Of a stretch of 64,000 bases of DNA, positions 63,527 to 64,000 are shown piece after piece. Position 1 is the first letter of the stretch. Every line of letters begins with the position of its first letter. The notes under the pieces were generated by a model. The model saw nothing but the letters and a program-made list of their open reading frames with translations, did no database searches and was not told the origin of the DNA. The DNA lies in NCBI GenBank assembly GCA_028534125.1, contig CM052838.1, forward strand, positions 16,058,001 through 16,122,000, read 5' to 3'. The stretch is from Lama glama (taxonomy: Eukaryota). The position numbers and the translations under genes were made by a program.

Positions 63527-63985
63527 NNNNNNNNNNNNNNNNNNNNNNNNNNNNNNNNNNNNNNNNNNNNNNNNNNNNNNNNNNNNNNNNNNNNNNNNNN
63601 NNNNNNNNNNNNNNNNNNNNNNNNNNNNNNNNNNNNNNNNNNNNNNNNNNNNNNNNNNNNNNNNNNNNNNNNNNNNNNNNATTTAAAAAAACAGAAACAG
63701 ACTCACAGACATAGAAAACAAAATTGTGGTTAATAGGAGGGGTAGGGTTGGGGAGGTGGAGGAATAAATTGGGAGTTTGGGATTTGCAGATATTAACTAC
63801 TATATATAAAATAGATAAATAGCAAGGTTCTACTGTATAGCACAGGGAACTATATTCAATATCTTGTAATAACCTAGAATGAAAAAGAATATGAAAAGGA
63901 ACATATTTATATGTATAATTGAATCACTATGTTGTACACCAGAAATTAACACAACATTGCAAAGTGACTATACTTACATACATAT
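63527..63985 (+). mobile_element. Young cetartiodactyl/camelid L1 3' end (5' part under Ns)
   Basis: AAACAGAAACAGACTCACAGACATAGAAAACAAA..GGGAGTTTGGGATTTGCAGATA..CTACTGTATAGCACAGGGAACTATATTCAATATCTTGTAATAACC. Confidence 0.9.
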
Positions 63986-64000
63986 ACTTATATTTAAAAA

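Noticed and set aside
1-64000. A novel multi-gene, CRISPR-like or defence-type system
   Set aside because: This is mammalian repeat-rich non-coding DNA. There are no operon-like ORFs, no regular repeat-spacer array and no long intact ORF.

Overview
AT-rich eukaryotic DNA from a placental mammal, most likely a camelid (alpaca/camel). This call rests on three copies of a tRNA-Ala-derived SINE resembling camelid Vic-1, plus cetartiodactyl-type L1 3' ends. The window looks like a large intron or intergenic block. Most of it is old interspersed repeats (L1M/HAL1, L2, MIR, CR1/L3, ERVL/MaLR LTRs, a MER2/Tigger element) and microsatellites, with six N blocks. The only recognisable host-protein homology is a 5'-truncated processed RPL3 pseudogene (~26190-26650, minus). 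I found no intact protein-coding exon I can name, and almost all ORF-track entries are chance, repeat-derived or N artefacts. I see no novel multi-gene system. The best leads are regulatory: a near-perfect REST/RE1 site (59521), a compact TBX5/MEF2/GATA/NKX2-5 motif cluster (614-744), tandem RFX X-boxes (10086) and a SOX/POU/AP-1 cluster (~28800-29080). Other leads are a very diverged L1-ORF1-like fossil (~50480-51300) and some weak minus-strand splice candidates, which agree with an L1 orientation bias. Repeat subfamily names come from memory of consensus sequences, and repeat boundaries are approximate.
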